From assembly GCA_964607155.1 (NCBI GenBank), contig CAZSIF010000001.1, positions 52,511 through 116,510 on the forward strand: a DNA stretch of 64,000 bases, given 5' to 3'. Shown piece by piece: positions 28,901 to 37,898 of this stretch. Numbering within the stretch: position 1 is the stretch's first letter; every line of letters begins with the position of its first letter. The position numbers and the translations under genes are program-made. The notes beneath the pieces were generated by a model. It worked only from the letters and a program-made list of their open reading frames with translations. It made no database searches and had not been told where the DNA came from. Origin of the DNA: an uncultured Oscillospiraceae bacterium (GTDB taxonomy: Bacteria > Bacillota > Clostridia > Christensenellales > CAG-314).

Positions 28901-29111
28901 TGAACGAAACGGAGGCAAGGCATCTATATCGTCGCTGACTCGGTCGCTTTCAATCGGCTTCAGCCGTGCAGGCAGAATCTTTGATTATATGCAAAAAATG
29001 CACTACATCGAGGAGCCGCCAGCAAACGAACCTAGCACAAAACCGGTCAAAGTTCTTGTAACTTTGGACGATTTAGATAAGCTATTCCCCGGTTTTGATG
29101 ATGAACTGTAA
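25944..29111 (+). CDS. ftsK: DNA translocase FtsK/SpoIIIE with a long low-complexity linker
   Basis: 1055 aa: N-terminal TM helices, a ~380 aa Q/P/E/D-rich linker, a motor domain with Walker A GQTGSGKS, and a C-terminal winged-helix gamma domain. Confidence 0.92.
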   Translation: MKNNLSKKAFNITGIAVCSALIIFVFSGRYFQSFLKDVANFFLGSFGMAFYGIMVAFIVACSFSLSHKRIRIPTKYIVHFSLLFLTVVLFVHTLTTMYLPTEYSEYAHLIYNYYDLVPTMGGVVFGSIAYAIKTVLSTVGAIILYVISLVINVFVIGDFFYCYATGNLVLKTPSEHHRDDENVQPQQQQPVSVVQQQTQPQQPRSPREKAYSVLFENEADDYERQSDNTMQYPDLPQDSDTPISRQDATNILFGTAVDTSRQQPFTPIEPSSLFGGNVEPTDVRSDDRQAASSFFDVKPQTSANQGRQDISASDYFSSSGFVQHPSTDNSSWLISNNDSPELSRPHEPTQPKEEFGFGSVGSMQKDDGVVEPFIAPNANTTKPQEPVQSAWQPTPIVDYDGVQEGYIPAKPVVPVDEPAVDERPVVEATQTPAAEQPFVEPAPSTVAFEQPKEAPIIIEEKSPASQPEQVDITEIVVDEPQSTMPSDEPATTFEASAHVDEPTIEVVEPTQEPDEDEMVVVPTEKMVKGGIQTGFDVVSKKEAEQQPKIHKYLKYNEPPMELLSEPQPYVDLEEEDRRAAADAIIRKLSVFGIEIELDKIIVGPAFSRYMFKVLSLKTRMGDFARYSDDIKACLEAPEDIRIEAPVHGTNLVGIEVANRKKGSVALRAVLESPEFQESKGKLTFAIGQDIMGKPIIRDLAKFPHLLVAGQTGSGKSVALNCLIVSLMYKYGPEYLRFVMVDPKLVELSRYNGIPHMLTAETITKTNDALAAMDYLVNEMENRYKLFQSMRVGDITDYNNRINPQTTQKLPYIVYIVDELADLMMTCKQALEQKIGRLAAKARAAGIHLVLATQRPDVKVITGNIKANLNARIALTVSSQFDSRTIIDCGGAEKLLGRGDMLLMDPSAPDLERIQGAYVGNDEIREIVECLKNQNESFFDPTASEQIFVTDAQEAEAERQAQEEAESTAGKENGPDRLARKALRFWLERNGGKASISSLTRSLSIGFSRAGRIFDYMQKMHYIEEPPANEPSTKPVKVLVTLDDLDKLFPGFDDEL

Positions 29112-29185
29112 ATGAACAAAACTTATTGCATTCGTCGATAGAATAATTTTTAACGTCGAATGCAATTAACACATTAGATGAAACT

Positions 29186-30511
29186 ATGAGTATAAAAATT
29201 GGAGTTGTTTCGCTGGGGTGCGATAAAAATCGAGTCGACACTGAGGTTATGCTAAGTAAGCTGGTGCAAGGCGGCTACGAATTGACATCAAGCCCTGCTG
29301 ATGCCGATGTTATTATTGTTAATACTTGTGCATTTTTGCAGTCCGCTAGGCAAGAGTCCATCGAAACTGTGCTTGAAATGGCACACTACAAAAAAGAGGG
29401 GCATTGTCAAAAGATTATCGTTACGGGTTGTTTGGGACAAAAATTTGGCAAAGACGTGTTTGACGAGCTTACGGAAGCAGACGCGGTAGTGGGAACTAAC
29501 GACTACGACAATATTTGTGAAATTGTTGCTCAAACATTACAAAATGATAGAAAATTATATAATAATTGCAATCAAAGCATAACCTTTGGTGAACGAGTGC
29601 TGACGACTGCGCCACACGTTGCATACATAAAAATTGCCGATGGTTGCGATAATTTTTGCACTTATTGCCTGATTCCGTATATACGAGGACGTTTTCGCTC
29701 CGTGCCGATGGAAAGTGTTGTTGCTCACGCAAAAAAACTTGTCGAGGGCGGCCTTGTTGAGCTTATTTTGGTTGCGCAAGACACCACAAAATACGGAAAA
29801 GATTTATGTGGCGAGCCAAAACTTGTCGAGCTAATTAGAGAGCTTTCTAAAATCGACGGCTTAAAATGGATTAGGCTGCTTTATTGCTATCCGGAGCTGA
29901 TGGACGACAAGCTTATTGCCGAAATTGCCGCAAACGATAAGGTCGTTAACTGCGTGGACATTCCGTTGCAGCACGTTAATGACGAAATTCTTAAAAGAAT
30001 GAATCGTAAATCACGCAATGCCGAAATTCGTACACTTTTTGATAAACTTGCCCAAAATAATATCCAAGTGCGCTCGACGTTTATCTGCGGATTCCCCGGA
30101 GAAACGGAGCAATCGATTGCACAAATGCAGGACTTTTTGCGTGAATATAAGCTTAGAAACGTTGGCTTTTTCCCCTATTCTCGAGAGGAAGGGACAAAGG
30201 CATACGATCTCGACGGGCAAGTGCCTGCACGCAAAAAGAATGCTTGGGTAAACAAAATGTATAAAGCGCAGCACGAAGTTGTGGCGCAACTCAATCAAAG
30301 CGATGTGGGCAAAACATATGCTTGCATCGTGGACCAACTCGATAAAAAGGAAAACGACACATTTGTGTATTTGGGCAGAACGTTTTATATGGCACCGGAG
30401 ATTGACGGCGTTGTTTATATCTACTCACAACGTGAACTCTGTGCCGGCGAAATCGTTAACGTCAAAATTACCAATGCTTTAGAATATGATTTGATAGGAG
30501 CTTGTGAATGA
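29186..30511 (+). CDS. rimO: Ribosomal protein S12 methylthiotransferase RimO
   Basis: 441 aa. MTTase N-domain (VSLGCDKN), radical SAM CDNFCTYC and a TRAM domain. Confidence 0.92.
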   Translation: MSIKIGVVSLGCDKNRVDTEVMLSKLVQGGYELTSSPADADVIIVNTCAFLQSARQESIETVLEMAHYKKEGHCQKIIVTGCLGQKFGKDVFDELTEADAVVGTNDYDNICEIVAQTLQNDRKLYNNCNQSITFGERVLTTAPHVAYIKIADGCDNFCTYCLIPYIRGRFRSVPMESVVAHAKKLVEGGLVELILVAQDTTKYGKDLCGEPKLVELIRELSKIDGLKWIRLLYCYPELMDDKLIAEIAANDKVVNCVDIPLQHVNDEILKRMNRKSRNAEIRTLFDKLAQNNIQVRSTFICGFPGETEQSIAQMQDFLREYKLRNVGFFPYSREEGTKAYDLDGQVPARKKNAWVNKMYKAQHEVVAQLNQSDVGKTYACIVDQLDKKENDTFVYLGRTFYMAPEIDGVVYIYSQRELCAGEIVNVKITNALEYDLIGACE

Positions 30512-31143
30512 ATTTACCAAATAAGCTATCACTATTGCGTATAGCATTAATACCCGTTTTTGTTGTATTATATTTTTTGCCATACCAATGGTCTGTTTTT
30601 GCGGCAATAGCGGTTTTTGCCATTGCGGCGTTTACCGATTTTTTGGACGGTCACATTGCTCGCAAGTATAATTTAGTTACCGACCTCGGCAAGTTGCTTG
30701 ATCCGATTGCCGATAAGGTTTTAGTAACTGCAGCATTGTTTTGTTTGGTTGCAACAAATCCATTGCAATATGTCGGTGCGGAAATCGTTGACGGCGCTGT
30801 ACTTTGCAAAGGTGAACAGCTCGCATTAATTATTACTGCCGTAAGTGCAATAATTATCATCGCAAGAGAACTTTTGATTAGCGCAATGCGTCAAATCGCC
30901 GCAGCAAAAGGCGTTGTTGTGCATGCGAATATATTCGGTAAAATAAAAACTTTTCTGCAAGATATAACCATTCCCTTGACGGTTTTGTTGAACCTTGGCG
31001 GATTTGCCACAAAAAGTATTCTGCCATGGCTAAACATTATCGGTGGAATTTGCTACTTTATGTTAGCCATAACCGTCGTTGCAACAGTTTTGTCCGGTGT
31101 GATTTATTTGATACAAAATAAAAATGTGTTTTCGGCAGAGTAG
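30508..31143 (+). CDS. pgsA: CDP-diacylglycerol--glycerol-3-phosphate 3-phosphatidyltransferase
   Basis: CDP-alcohol phosphatidyltransferase motif DGHIARKYNLVTDLGKLLDPIADK. ATGA overlap with rimO. Confidence 0.9.
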   Translation: MNLPNKLSLLRIALIPVFVVLYFLPYQWSVFAAIAVFAIAAFTDFLDGHIARKYNLVTDLGKLLDPIADKVLVTAALFCLVATNPLQYVGAEIVDGAVLCKGEQLALIITAVSAIIIIARELLISAMRQIAAAKGVVVHANIFGKIKTFLQDITIPLTVLLNLGGFATKSILPWLNIIGGICYFMLAITVVATVLSGVIYLIQNKNVFSAE

Positions 31144-31342
31144 TGACTTTAAAACAATGGCTATTAACCAAAATTGTTTATAATAACTGTTCGATGAAAT
31201 TCGGCTAAAAAAGCAAAGCGATATATAAATTCGCATTGAGTATCAATAATGCCGCATAATCATAGCAAAACATTTGTTTTAAGCAATATTTTGGCTGTTT
31301 GGAATAGAAAAATACACAAAGATATTCTTTTGAGATATATAA

Positions 31343-32512
31343 ATGATAAAAATAGTCTGTAAAAAAATCTCGCACGCGGTCGAAAAAATTGACGATCTGC
31401 TGCGTGAAAAATCGGTAAATGCAGACGTATTAGCATCGTGCTCGGTCAAAACGCTTGCTGAATATATACAGAGCGGAGTAGGCAACTGCACGGCAATGTT
31501 TTTGGTCGGCAATGTGGGCGAACTGACTCGACTGTTGTCCGAAAGCCTTGGCTTGACAATGTTTTACGATGTTTTTGCCGAAAAAATACTTTTTCACTAT
31601 TGCAAGTTAAACGGCTCGGAACCGCCCAATCAAAGAGTAAGAGAGGATATTTGCGCCTTGCCGGAGAGTTTTAACCATTTTGCGTGCGTGCACGGTTTTC
31701 AATGTGCGGCATATGGCGTTATAAGAAAGACACACGTTTATGTTATTCCCGATAATGCGCAGGAATGTGAGTGCGTATTTGAAAACTACGTTAAACCGAA
31801 TCTTTTTAAAACGTCAACCTTGAATACAACTTTTACGCTAAAGGCGTTTGGCTTTACACAATTGGAGTTGGAACAAAAGTTATCAAGGCTCAATCCAATT
31901 GTCACTTGTAGCATTTCTACGGAAAATTTAGATAATACTATCAAGATTACTTTTCCGAAAAAATGCAATAAACAGGTTGTTGCGGAAAATCTCGAGCTAA
32001 TAAAAAATAGTCTTGGGAGTAGACTGTACGACCTCGACGGAGCCACGCTTGCACAATGTGTGGTAACTCGCTTTTCGGCGGCAAATAAAACCATCGCGAC
32101 GGCGGAATCTATGACGGGCGGTTTGATTGCGTCCACAATTGTGAGCGAATCCGGAGCAAGTAGGGCTTTACTTGAGGGCGTCGTTACCTATTCCGTGCAG
32201 TCAAAATGTGAACGATTGGGTATAAATCCGCATTTTATCGATGCGTATGGAGTGGTGTCGGGTGAAGTCGCCGTTGCAATGGCAAAAGGCTTGCTCAAAA
32301 ACGGCGCCGACGTTGCAGTGAGTGTAACCGGATATGCAAGCGCAACCCGTGATCCATCGGAGCAACCGGGACTTTGCTATATTGGCATCGCTACCAAAAA
32401 CGGAGCTAATGCGTACAAGAATTGTTTTGTCGGAGATAGAAATGCGGTGCGAATGCAGGCTACTAATATGGCTTTATTTTTAGCGCTAGATGCTTTAAAA
32501 GGTCTTATTTAG
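31343..32512 (+). CDS. cinA: CinA-family protein: intact C-terminal PncC/CinA domain, degenerate N-terminal MoCF-like domain
   Basis: 389 aa. The C-terminal TIATAESMTGGLIAS and VTGYAS are typical CinA. The N-terminal region lacks the usual GTELL.G and GGLGPT.DD signatures. The rimO-pgsA-cinA-recA order is canonical. Confidence 0.8.
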   Translation: MIKIVCKKISHAVEKIDDLLREKSVNADVLASCSVKTLAEYIQSGVGNCTAMFLVGNVGELTRLLSESLGLTMFYDVFAEKILFHYCKLNGSEPPNQRVREDICALPESFNHFACVHGFQCAAYGVIRKTHVYVIPDNAQECECVFENYVKPNLFKTSTLNTTFTLKAFGFTQLELEQKLSRLNPIVTCSISTENLDNTIKITFPKKCNKQVVAENLELIKNSLGSRLYDLDGATLAQCVVTRFSAANKTIATAESMTGGLIASTIVSESGASRALLEGVVTYSVQSKCERLGINPHFIDAYGVVSGEVAVAMAKGLLKNGADVAVSVTGYASATRDPSEQPGLCYIGIATKNGANAYKNCFVGDRNAVRMQATNMALFLALDALKGLI

Positions 32513-32560
32513 CTTAACTGGCAGACATATTACATCATAAAATGAATTTTTGTAAAATAA

Positions 32561-32573
32561 TATTTTAGACATA
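32561..32573 (+). promoter_or_regulatory. Recurrent 13-mer TATTTTAGACATA, copy 2 (upstream of recA)
   Basis: Exact 13-mer, with 22 nt between the motif and the recA ATG. It overlaps the AT-only palindrome TAAAATAATATTTTA (32553-32567). A second AGACATA lies at 32523. Confidence 0.35.
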
Positions 32574-32595
32574 ATAACAAACAGGAGAAATAAAG

Positions 32596-33618
32596 ATGAC
32601 GGACGATAAGAAAAAAGCGTTAGAACAAACCATTCTGCAAATTGAAAAGGAATTCGGCAAAGGCTCGATTATGAAGCTCGGCTCTTATGCAGAAAGTCGC
32701 TCCATCGAAGTTATCCCCACCGGGTGCCTTCCCTTAGACGTCGCACTTGGCGTTGGCGGACTACCCAAGGGACGTATTATTGAAATTTACGGACCAGAGT
32801 CCTCTGGTAAAACGACCGTAACCCTGCATGTTATCGCACAGGTTCAAAAAATGGGCGGAACGGCGGCGTTTATCGATGCCGAACAGGCGCTTGATCCTGT
32901 ATATGCAGCAAACCTTGGCATAAATCTCGACGAGCTGTATATTTCGCAACCCGATAGCGGCGAACAAGCTTTGGATATTTTAGATTATCTAATTAAAAGC
33001 AACGCCCTTGACCTTATCGTTGTGGACTCGGTTGCTGCGCTCACACCCAAGGCGGAAATCGAAGGCGATATGGGGGACAGTCACATGGGCGTACAGGCTC
33101 GGCTTATGTCCCAGTGCTGCCGTAAAATTGTCGCGGCGGGCAATAAATCCAAAACTTGCGTTATATTCATCAATCAGTTGCGCGATAAAATTGGCGTTAT
33201 GTTCGGCAACCCCGAAACGACAACCGGCGGTAAGGCATTAAAGTTCTATTCCAGCGTTCGTCTTGATGTTCGCAAAATCGACCAAGTTAAAGACGGCTCG
33301 GAGATTGTTGGCAATAAAACAAGAATTAAGGTTGTCAAAAATAAAGTTGCGCCGCCTTTCAAAACCGCGGAGTTTGAAATTATTTTTGGTAAGGGCATTT
33401 CTAACTCGGGCTGCATTCTCGATATGGCTGTGAACGACGGACTAATCGAAAAAAGCGGTTCTTGGTTTAGTTACAACGGTGAAAAAATCGGTCAAGGCAG
33501 AGAAAACGCTAAAAAATACCTTGAGGATCATCCCGAGCTTATGGATTTTATATCCGATAAAATCCGCGCAAAGCTTTCACCGAGCGAGAGTGAACCGATA
33601 GAGGACGAGCAAAATTAG
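32596..33618 (+). CDS. recA: Recombinase RecA
   Basis: 340 aa with Walker [10 protein letters not shown] and the conserved FINQLR and [11 protein letters not shown] blocks. AGGAG SD. Confidence 0.98.
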   Translation: MTDDKKKALEQTILQIEKEFGKGSIMKLGSYAESRSIEVIPTGCLPLDVALGVGGLPKGRIIEIYGPESSGKTTVTLHVIAQVQKMGGTAAFIDAEQALDPVYAANLGINLDELYISQPDSGEQALDILDYLIKSNALDLIVVDSVAALTPKAEIEGDMGDSHMGVQARLMSQCCRKIVAAGNKSKTCVIFINQLRDKIGVMFGNPETTTGGKALKFYSSVRLDVRKIDQVKDGSEIVGNKTRIKVVKNKVAPPFKTAEFEIIFGKGISNSGCILDMAVNDGLIEKSGSWFSYNGEKIGQGRENAKKYLEDHPELMDFISDKIRAKLSPSESEPIEDEQN

Positions 33619-33761
33619 TCATCTTGCCATAAAAGACGTTTTTGGGGCGCGTGCTCTATTGCGCAAATATGCAGCAATGCAAGTATGCTGTATATTTTTT
33701 ACACTAATCTTATGTAGCAATTCACTTCAATCGGCAATAAATTAACTGCAAGGAGTTAAAA

Positions 33762-34619
33762 ATGAAAGCCTTAATCGTTATGGCAGCCGGTATGGGGAGT
33801 CGGTTTGGGGGATTAAAGCAACTGCAGCCCGTAACACCAGATGGCAAAACGCTTGTCGATTTTTCGGCATTCGATGCGCTTCGTTTCGGGTTCGAGCACA
33901 TTGTTTTTGTTGTTCGGCAGGAAATTTTATCGGAGTTTAAGCTGTGCGTTGGTGATAGAATTGCCATGCACGCTCACGTCGATTACGCTCTGCAAACAAG
34001 CGAGCTGTTGCCGCAAGGTCGAACAAAGCCTTTGGGCACGGGGCACGCACTTTTATGCGCCCGCCCTTTTGTTGGGAACGAGCCTTTTGCCGTTATAAAT
34101 GCAGACGACTACTATGGTGCTAATGCATTTTGTGGTATTGCTCGTCATTTAGATGCAGCAAAGCAAGGAGAATATGTGATGGCTGCATATCGCTTAAAGC
34201 AAACTTTGAGCCACAACGGAGCTGTTTCGAGAGGGATTTGTCGCATTGAAAACGGTAAACTTAAAGCTATTGACGAACACACAGGCATTGCGCCCAACGG
34301 AAGTCTTTGGCTTGGCGGACGACACGTTGTGCTATCGCCGAACACCCCAGTATCTATGAATCTTTGGGGGTTTACTTCGGATTTTTGGGTGCATTTACAG
34401 CAAGCATTTGACGAGTTTTTGAAAAATGCGCAATTGAACGAGGACGAGTTTTTGATACAAACGGCGTTAACCGCACTTATCGAAAAGAACGAAATTAGCG
34501 TTTCGGTGACGGAAGCCCCAGATAAATGGTGCGGTTTTACCCATCGAGCCGACCTTGACGAGGTGTGTAAAACAATGACCGCACTTCAGCGCACACCGAC
34601 GTACGAAAAAATGTGGTAA
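33762..34619 (+). CDS. Sugar-phosphate nucleotidyltransferase family protein
   Basis: 285 aa. The N-terminus MAAGMGSRFGG.KQ is an NTP-transferase signature. The substrate cannot be determined from sequence. Confidence 0.7.
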   Translation: MKALIVMAAGMGSRFGGLKQLQPVTPDGKTLVDFSAFDALRFGFEHIVFVVRQEILSEFKLCVGDRIAMHAHVDYALQTSELLPQGRTKPLGTGHALLCARPFVGNEPFAVINADDYYGANAFCGIARHLDAAKQGEYVMAAYRLKQTLSHNGAVSRGICRIENGKLKAIDEHTGIAPNGSLWLGGRHVVLSPNTPVSMNLWGFTSDFWVHLQQAFDEFLKNAQLNEDEFLIQTALTALIEKNEISVSVTEAPDKWCGFTHRADLDEVCKTMTALQRTPTYEKMW

Positions 34620-34817
34620 CACCGCAATAGCAATAAGGTCAAACCCAAAATATATTCGATGCGTTAATAGCGCAAGTGTTTTGCGTATCGAATTGCACTC
34701 TATTTCGGAAATGCGCATCGCAAAAAGCGGTGGCGTTTCTTTTTGAAGCTATAAGGCGTTTTTCAGTCAGTCCAAGCGGCCTGCAACCGCGATAGATAAA
34801 AATGTAACGGAGGTACT

Positions 34818-36470
34818 ATGACTGATATACAAATTGCAAGACAATGTAAACTTGAAAACATCGTTGACGTGGCGGCTCGTGCCGGTATTGCAGAGACTGA
34901 CTTGGAGCTTTTTGGCAAATACAAGGCTAAAGTTACCTCTAAGCCGCAGCCCAAACAAAATGCAAAATTAGTGCTTGTTACTGCCATAAATCCAACGGCA
35001 GCTGGCGAGGGTAAAACAACTGTGTCCATCGGGCTTGCGGATGCGATGAATATTATCGGTGCGCAAACGACGCTTGCCTTGAGAGAACCGTCGCTTGGTC
35101 CCGTGTTTGGCATAAAGGGCGGTGCAACAGGTGGCGGATACAGTCAAATTTTGCCGATGGAGGATATCAACCTGCATTTTACAGGCGATTTCCATGCCAT
35201 TACTGCAGCAAACAATTTGCTCTGTGCAATGTTGGATAATAGCATTTTTCAGGGCAATCCGCTAAACATCGATCCGAATAGAATAGTTTTTAATAGAACA
35301 TTGGACGTAAACGACAGGGCATTGCGCGGCGTTACAGTTAACAGCGGCGTTAAAGACGCAGTTGCTCACGCTGAACGCTTTAATATCACGGCGGCGTGTG
35401 AGGTGATGGCTGTACTGACATTGTCAGAGGACATTGCCGACCTAAAAAAGCGTTTGGGCAATATCTTGGTTGCGTACGATACAAGTGGGAAGCCAATTTT
35501 TGCCCGTGACCTACATGCAGAAAATGCTATGGCCATCTTGCTCAAGGACGCGCTTAAACCAAACCTTGTACAAACCATTGGGGGGACAGCTGCTTTTGTG
35601 CACTGCGGACCGTTTGCCAATATTGCTCACGGATGCAACAGTGTTCAAGCAACAAAGCTTTCGATGACATACAGCGACTATACCGTGACAGAGGCTGGTT
35701 TTGGTGCTGATTTGGGAGCAGAAAAGTTTTTGGACGTAAAATGCAGGTTATCCGGATTAAAGCCCGATGCTGTGGTGCTTGTTGCAACAGTGCGTGCGCT
35801 GAAATTGCACGGCGGCGCAAATAAGCTGCAACTAAATGACGCTAATATCGACGCTCTGAAGGCAGGCTTGCCTAACCTGATGAAGCATTTAAGTAATATT
35901 GTTGACGTTTATCGCCTGCCGTGTGTCGTAGCAATAAATAAATTCGCCGACGACCGCGAAGAAGAATTGCAAATTATCGAACAGGCTGTAGCAAATATTG
36001 GCGCAAAAGCTGTCGTGTGTAACGTTTGGGGCGAGGGCGGTAACGGCGCAACTGAGCTTGCACAATCCGTCGTGGATTTGTGCGAAAAACCCAACGGATT
36101 TACTTTTGCATATGCAGATGAGTTGACTCCACAGGAAAAAATCAGGCAAATTGCTCAAAAAATATACGGAGCACGAGACGTTGAATTTTCCGAACAGGCG
36201 TTAAACAGCTTAAATGCGTTGAGTGCATTGAATATCGACAGACTTCCCGTTGTTATTGCAAAAACACAATATAGTTTTTCCGACAACCCAAGCTTGCTTG
36301 GCGTGCCATCGGACTTTGTGTTACACATACGCGACGTTGAATATCGTGGCGGAGCAGGCTTTTTGGTTGCATTAGCTGGTAGCATGTTGCTTATGCCGGG
36401 GCTCCCCAAAAAACCAAACGCCGTGGGTATGACTATCGATGACGACGGAGTGATAGACGGTTTATACTAA
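34818..36470 (+). CDS. fhs: Formate--tetrahydrofolate ligase
   Basis: 550 aa. PTAAGEGKTT and overall collinearity with FTHFS. GGAGG SD. Confidence 0.97.
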   Translation: MTDIQIARQCKLENIVDVAARAGIAETDLELFGKYKAKVTSKPQPKQNAKLVLVTAINPTAAGEGKTTVSIGLADAMNIIGAQTTLALREPSLGPVFGIKGGATGGGYSQILPMEDINLHFTGDFHAITAANNLLCAMLDNSIFQGNPLNIDPNRIVFNRTLDVNDRALRGVTVNSGVKDAVAHAERFNITAACEVMAVLTLSEDIADLKKRLGNILVAYDTSGKPIFARDLHAENAMAILLKDALKPNLVQTIGGTAAFVHCGPFANIAHGCNSVQATKLSMTYSDYTVTEAGFGADLGAEKFLDVKCRLSGLKPDAVVLVATVRALKLHGGANKLQLNDANIDALKAGLPNLMKHLSNIVDVYRLPCVVAINKFADDREEELQIIEQAVANIGAKAVVCNVWGEGGNGATELAQSVVDLCEKPNGFTFAYADELTPQEKIRQIAQKIYGARDVEFSEQALNSLNALSALNIDRLPVVIAKTQYSFSDNPSLLGVPSDFVLHIRDVEYRGGAGFLVALAGSMLLMPGLPKKPNAVGMTIDDDGVIDGLY

Positions 36471-36723
36471 GTTGAAGCGGTGCTTGGCAAATAAGCAAGC
36501 TTCCTTAAAAGTAATTGCATTGCCGCTATGGATAATCTTGAAGTAAACATAATTTGTTAAGGAATTTTAAGGTTTTGTAGAAACAAATCGCTATAAGCGG
36601 CGCGATGAACAAGCTTACGGCGAGAAAAAATAAGGCTATTCTAAAAATATTACTATATAAAACGTTAATTTGCATAATAATATTTCTGTAATAGTATCAA
36701 AAGCAAACCAACAGAGGATGAAA

Positions 36724-37308
36724 ATGAGTAATAGATTATATTTTAAGTATGGAACGATGGGCAGTAGTAAATCTGCTCAAGCGTTGATGTGTAAATTCAA
36801 TTATGAGCAAAAGGGAATGAGGGTTATGCTCGTAAAACCCTCGTTGGATAATCGCGGGGACGCGGATGTGCCTATGGTTCGTTCCCGCATAGGTCTATCG
36901 TCGGAATGCGTTACAATAGCACCTACCCAAAGTTTTTTTGATATTTTCAACGAATTCAAGCAACAACACGGTTGCAACTGCATAATCGTTGACGAGGCTC
37001 AATTTTGCACAACCGAGCAAGTAAATCAGTTAAAGGCACTCACGCAACAAGTGCCGGTTTTGTGCTACGGATTAATGACAGATTTTAAATGCCAACTTTT
37101 TGAGGGCAGCAAGCGACTGGTTGAGCTTGCAGATTCCTTGCAAGAAATCAAATCGGTATGTCGGTGCGGTCGAAAATCCACAGTTAACGCTCGTTTTATA
37201 AACGGTAAATGTGTGGACGACGGTCCTGTGGTGTTTATCGGTGGCGACGAAAGCTACGAAAATATGTGCTATTGGTGCTGGATCGAGGAACTAAAAAAGA
37301 GTAAATAG
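36724..37308 (+). CDS. tdk: Thymidine kinase
   Basis: ATG 36724 lies 6 nt after AGAGGA. P-loop GTMGSSKS, DEAQF, and C-terminal zinc cysteines CRCG...CYWC. Confidence 0.93.
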   Translation: MSNRLYFKYGTMGSSKSAQALMCKFNYEQKGMRVMLVKPSLDNRGDADVPMVRSRIGLSSECVTIAPTQSFFDIFNEFKQQHGCNCIIVDEAQFCTTEQVNQLKALTQQVPVLCYGLMTDFKCQLFEGSKRLVELADSLQEIKSVCRCGRKSTVNARFINGKCVDDGPVVFIGGDESYENMCYWCWIEELKKSK

Positions 37309-37482
37309 CTTTAGCGTATACGCAAATCTCCGTGATAATTCGCATAACAGGTCGATGCGGTGACGGTAAGTCTTATACCAAACTCAACTAACGGTTATTT
37401 TTATATGCCGTCGCAAGCATGTGCCCATATTGCTAACGGTCAAAGATGGTGCACGCAAATCAAGCATATAATTAAAAAAAAC

Positions 37483-37540
37483 AAAACTCCTATGACTACT
37501 TAGATGCGGCATAAGCTGTACTACGGCATAGGAGTTTTTT
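37483..37540. terminator. Hairpin with flanking A/T runs, probably a bidirectional terminator
   Basis: A 12-bp stem (AAAACTCCTATG / CATAGGAGTTTT) with a 32-nt loop, followed by TTTTTT on the + strand and preceded by an A-run. It lies 175 nt downstream of tdk. Confidence 0.6.
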
Positions 37541-37593
37541 AGTTACAATTCGGTAATTTGGTTTAGGCTTGAATGAGTTTTCGCTGATTTTTT

Positions 37594-37622
37594 TTAACAA
37601 ATTGTAGGTGATTTTATACAAT
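37594..37622 (+). promoter_or_regulatory. Candidate sigma-A promoter of a putative ~90 nt transcript that would end at the 37681-37720 hairpin
   Basis: TTAACA, 17 nt, TACAAT. No credible ORF lies downstream. Confidence 0.3.
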
Positions 37623-37674
37623 TTTCACATACTTTTAATGTTAACCATATTCAAAGATATTTTTACTTTTTGAC

Positions 37675-37720
37675 AAAAAAAACGTCATCATGCGACAAAA
37701 CTTACATGATGACGTTTTTG
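37675..37720. terminator. Bidirectional intrinsic terminator, probably the terminator of the minus-strand IlvD-like gene
   Basis: A perfect 12-bp stem (AACGTCATCATG / CATGATGACGTT) flanked by A8 on the 5' side and T5 on the 3' side. Confidence 0.8.
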
Positions 37721-37898
37721 TTCATATTAGTGTTCGGTCGGGCTTTTGCGCGACTTAGCAACAGCAACTTGAAAATGTTCATACGGATAATTCGCATGAA
37801 ATAAGTTTACAGTAGGTGTTATACCACCCACAATTATCGATAGCAATATTTCACCCAATAATATGTTGCGTTCCAATTTTTGACAGCGTGTGAATTTG

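Noticed and set aside
34620-34817. A possible ZTP (pfl) or THF riboswitch upstream of fhs
   Set aside because: The context suggested it, but I could not find the conserved cores (for example the CCGCCTGGGC-like pseudoknot segment) by eye. An Rfam scan would settle it.
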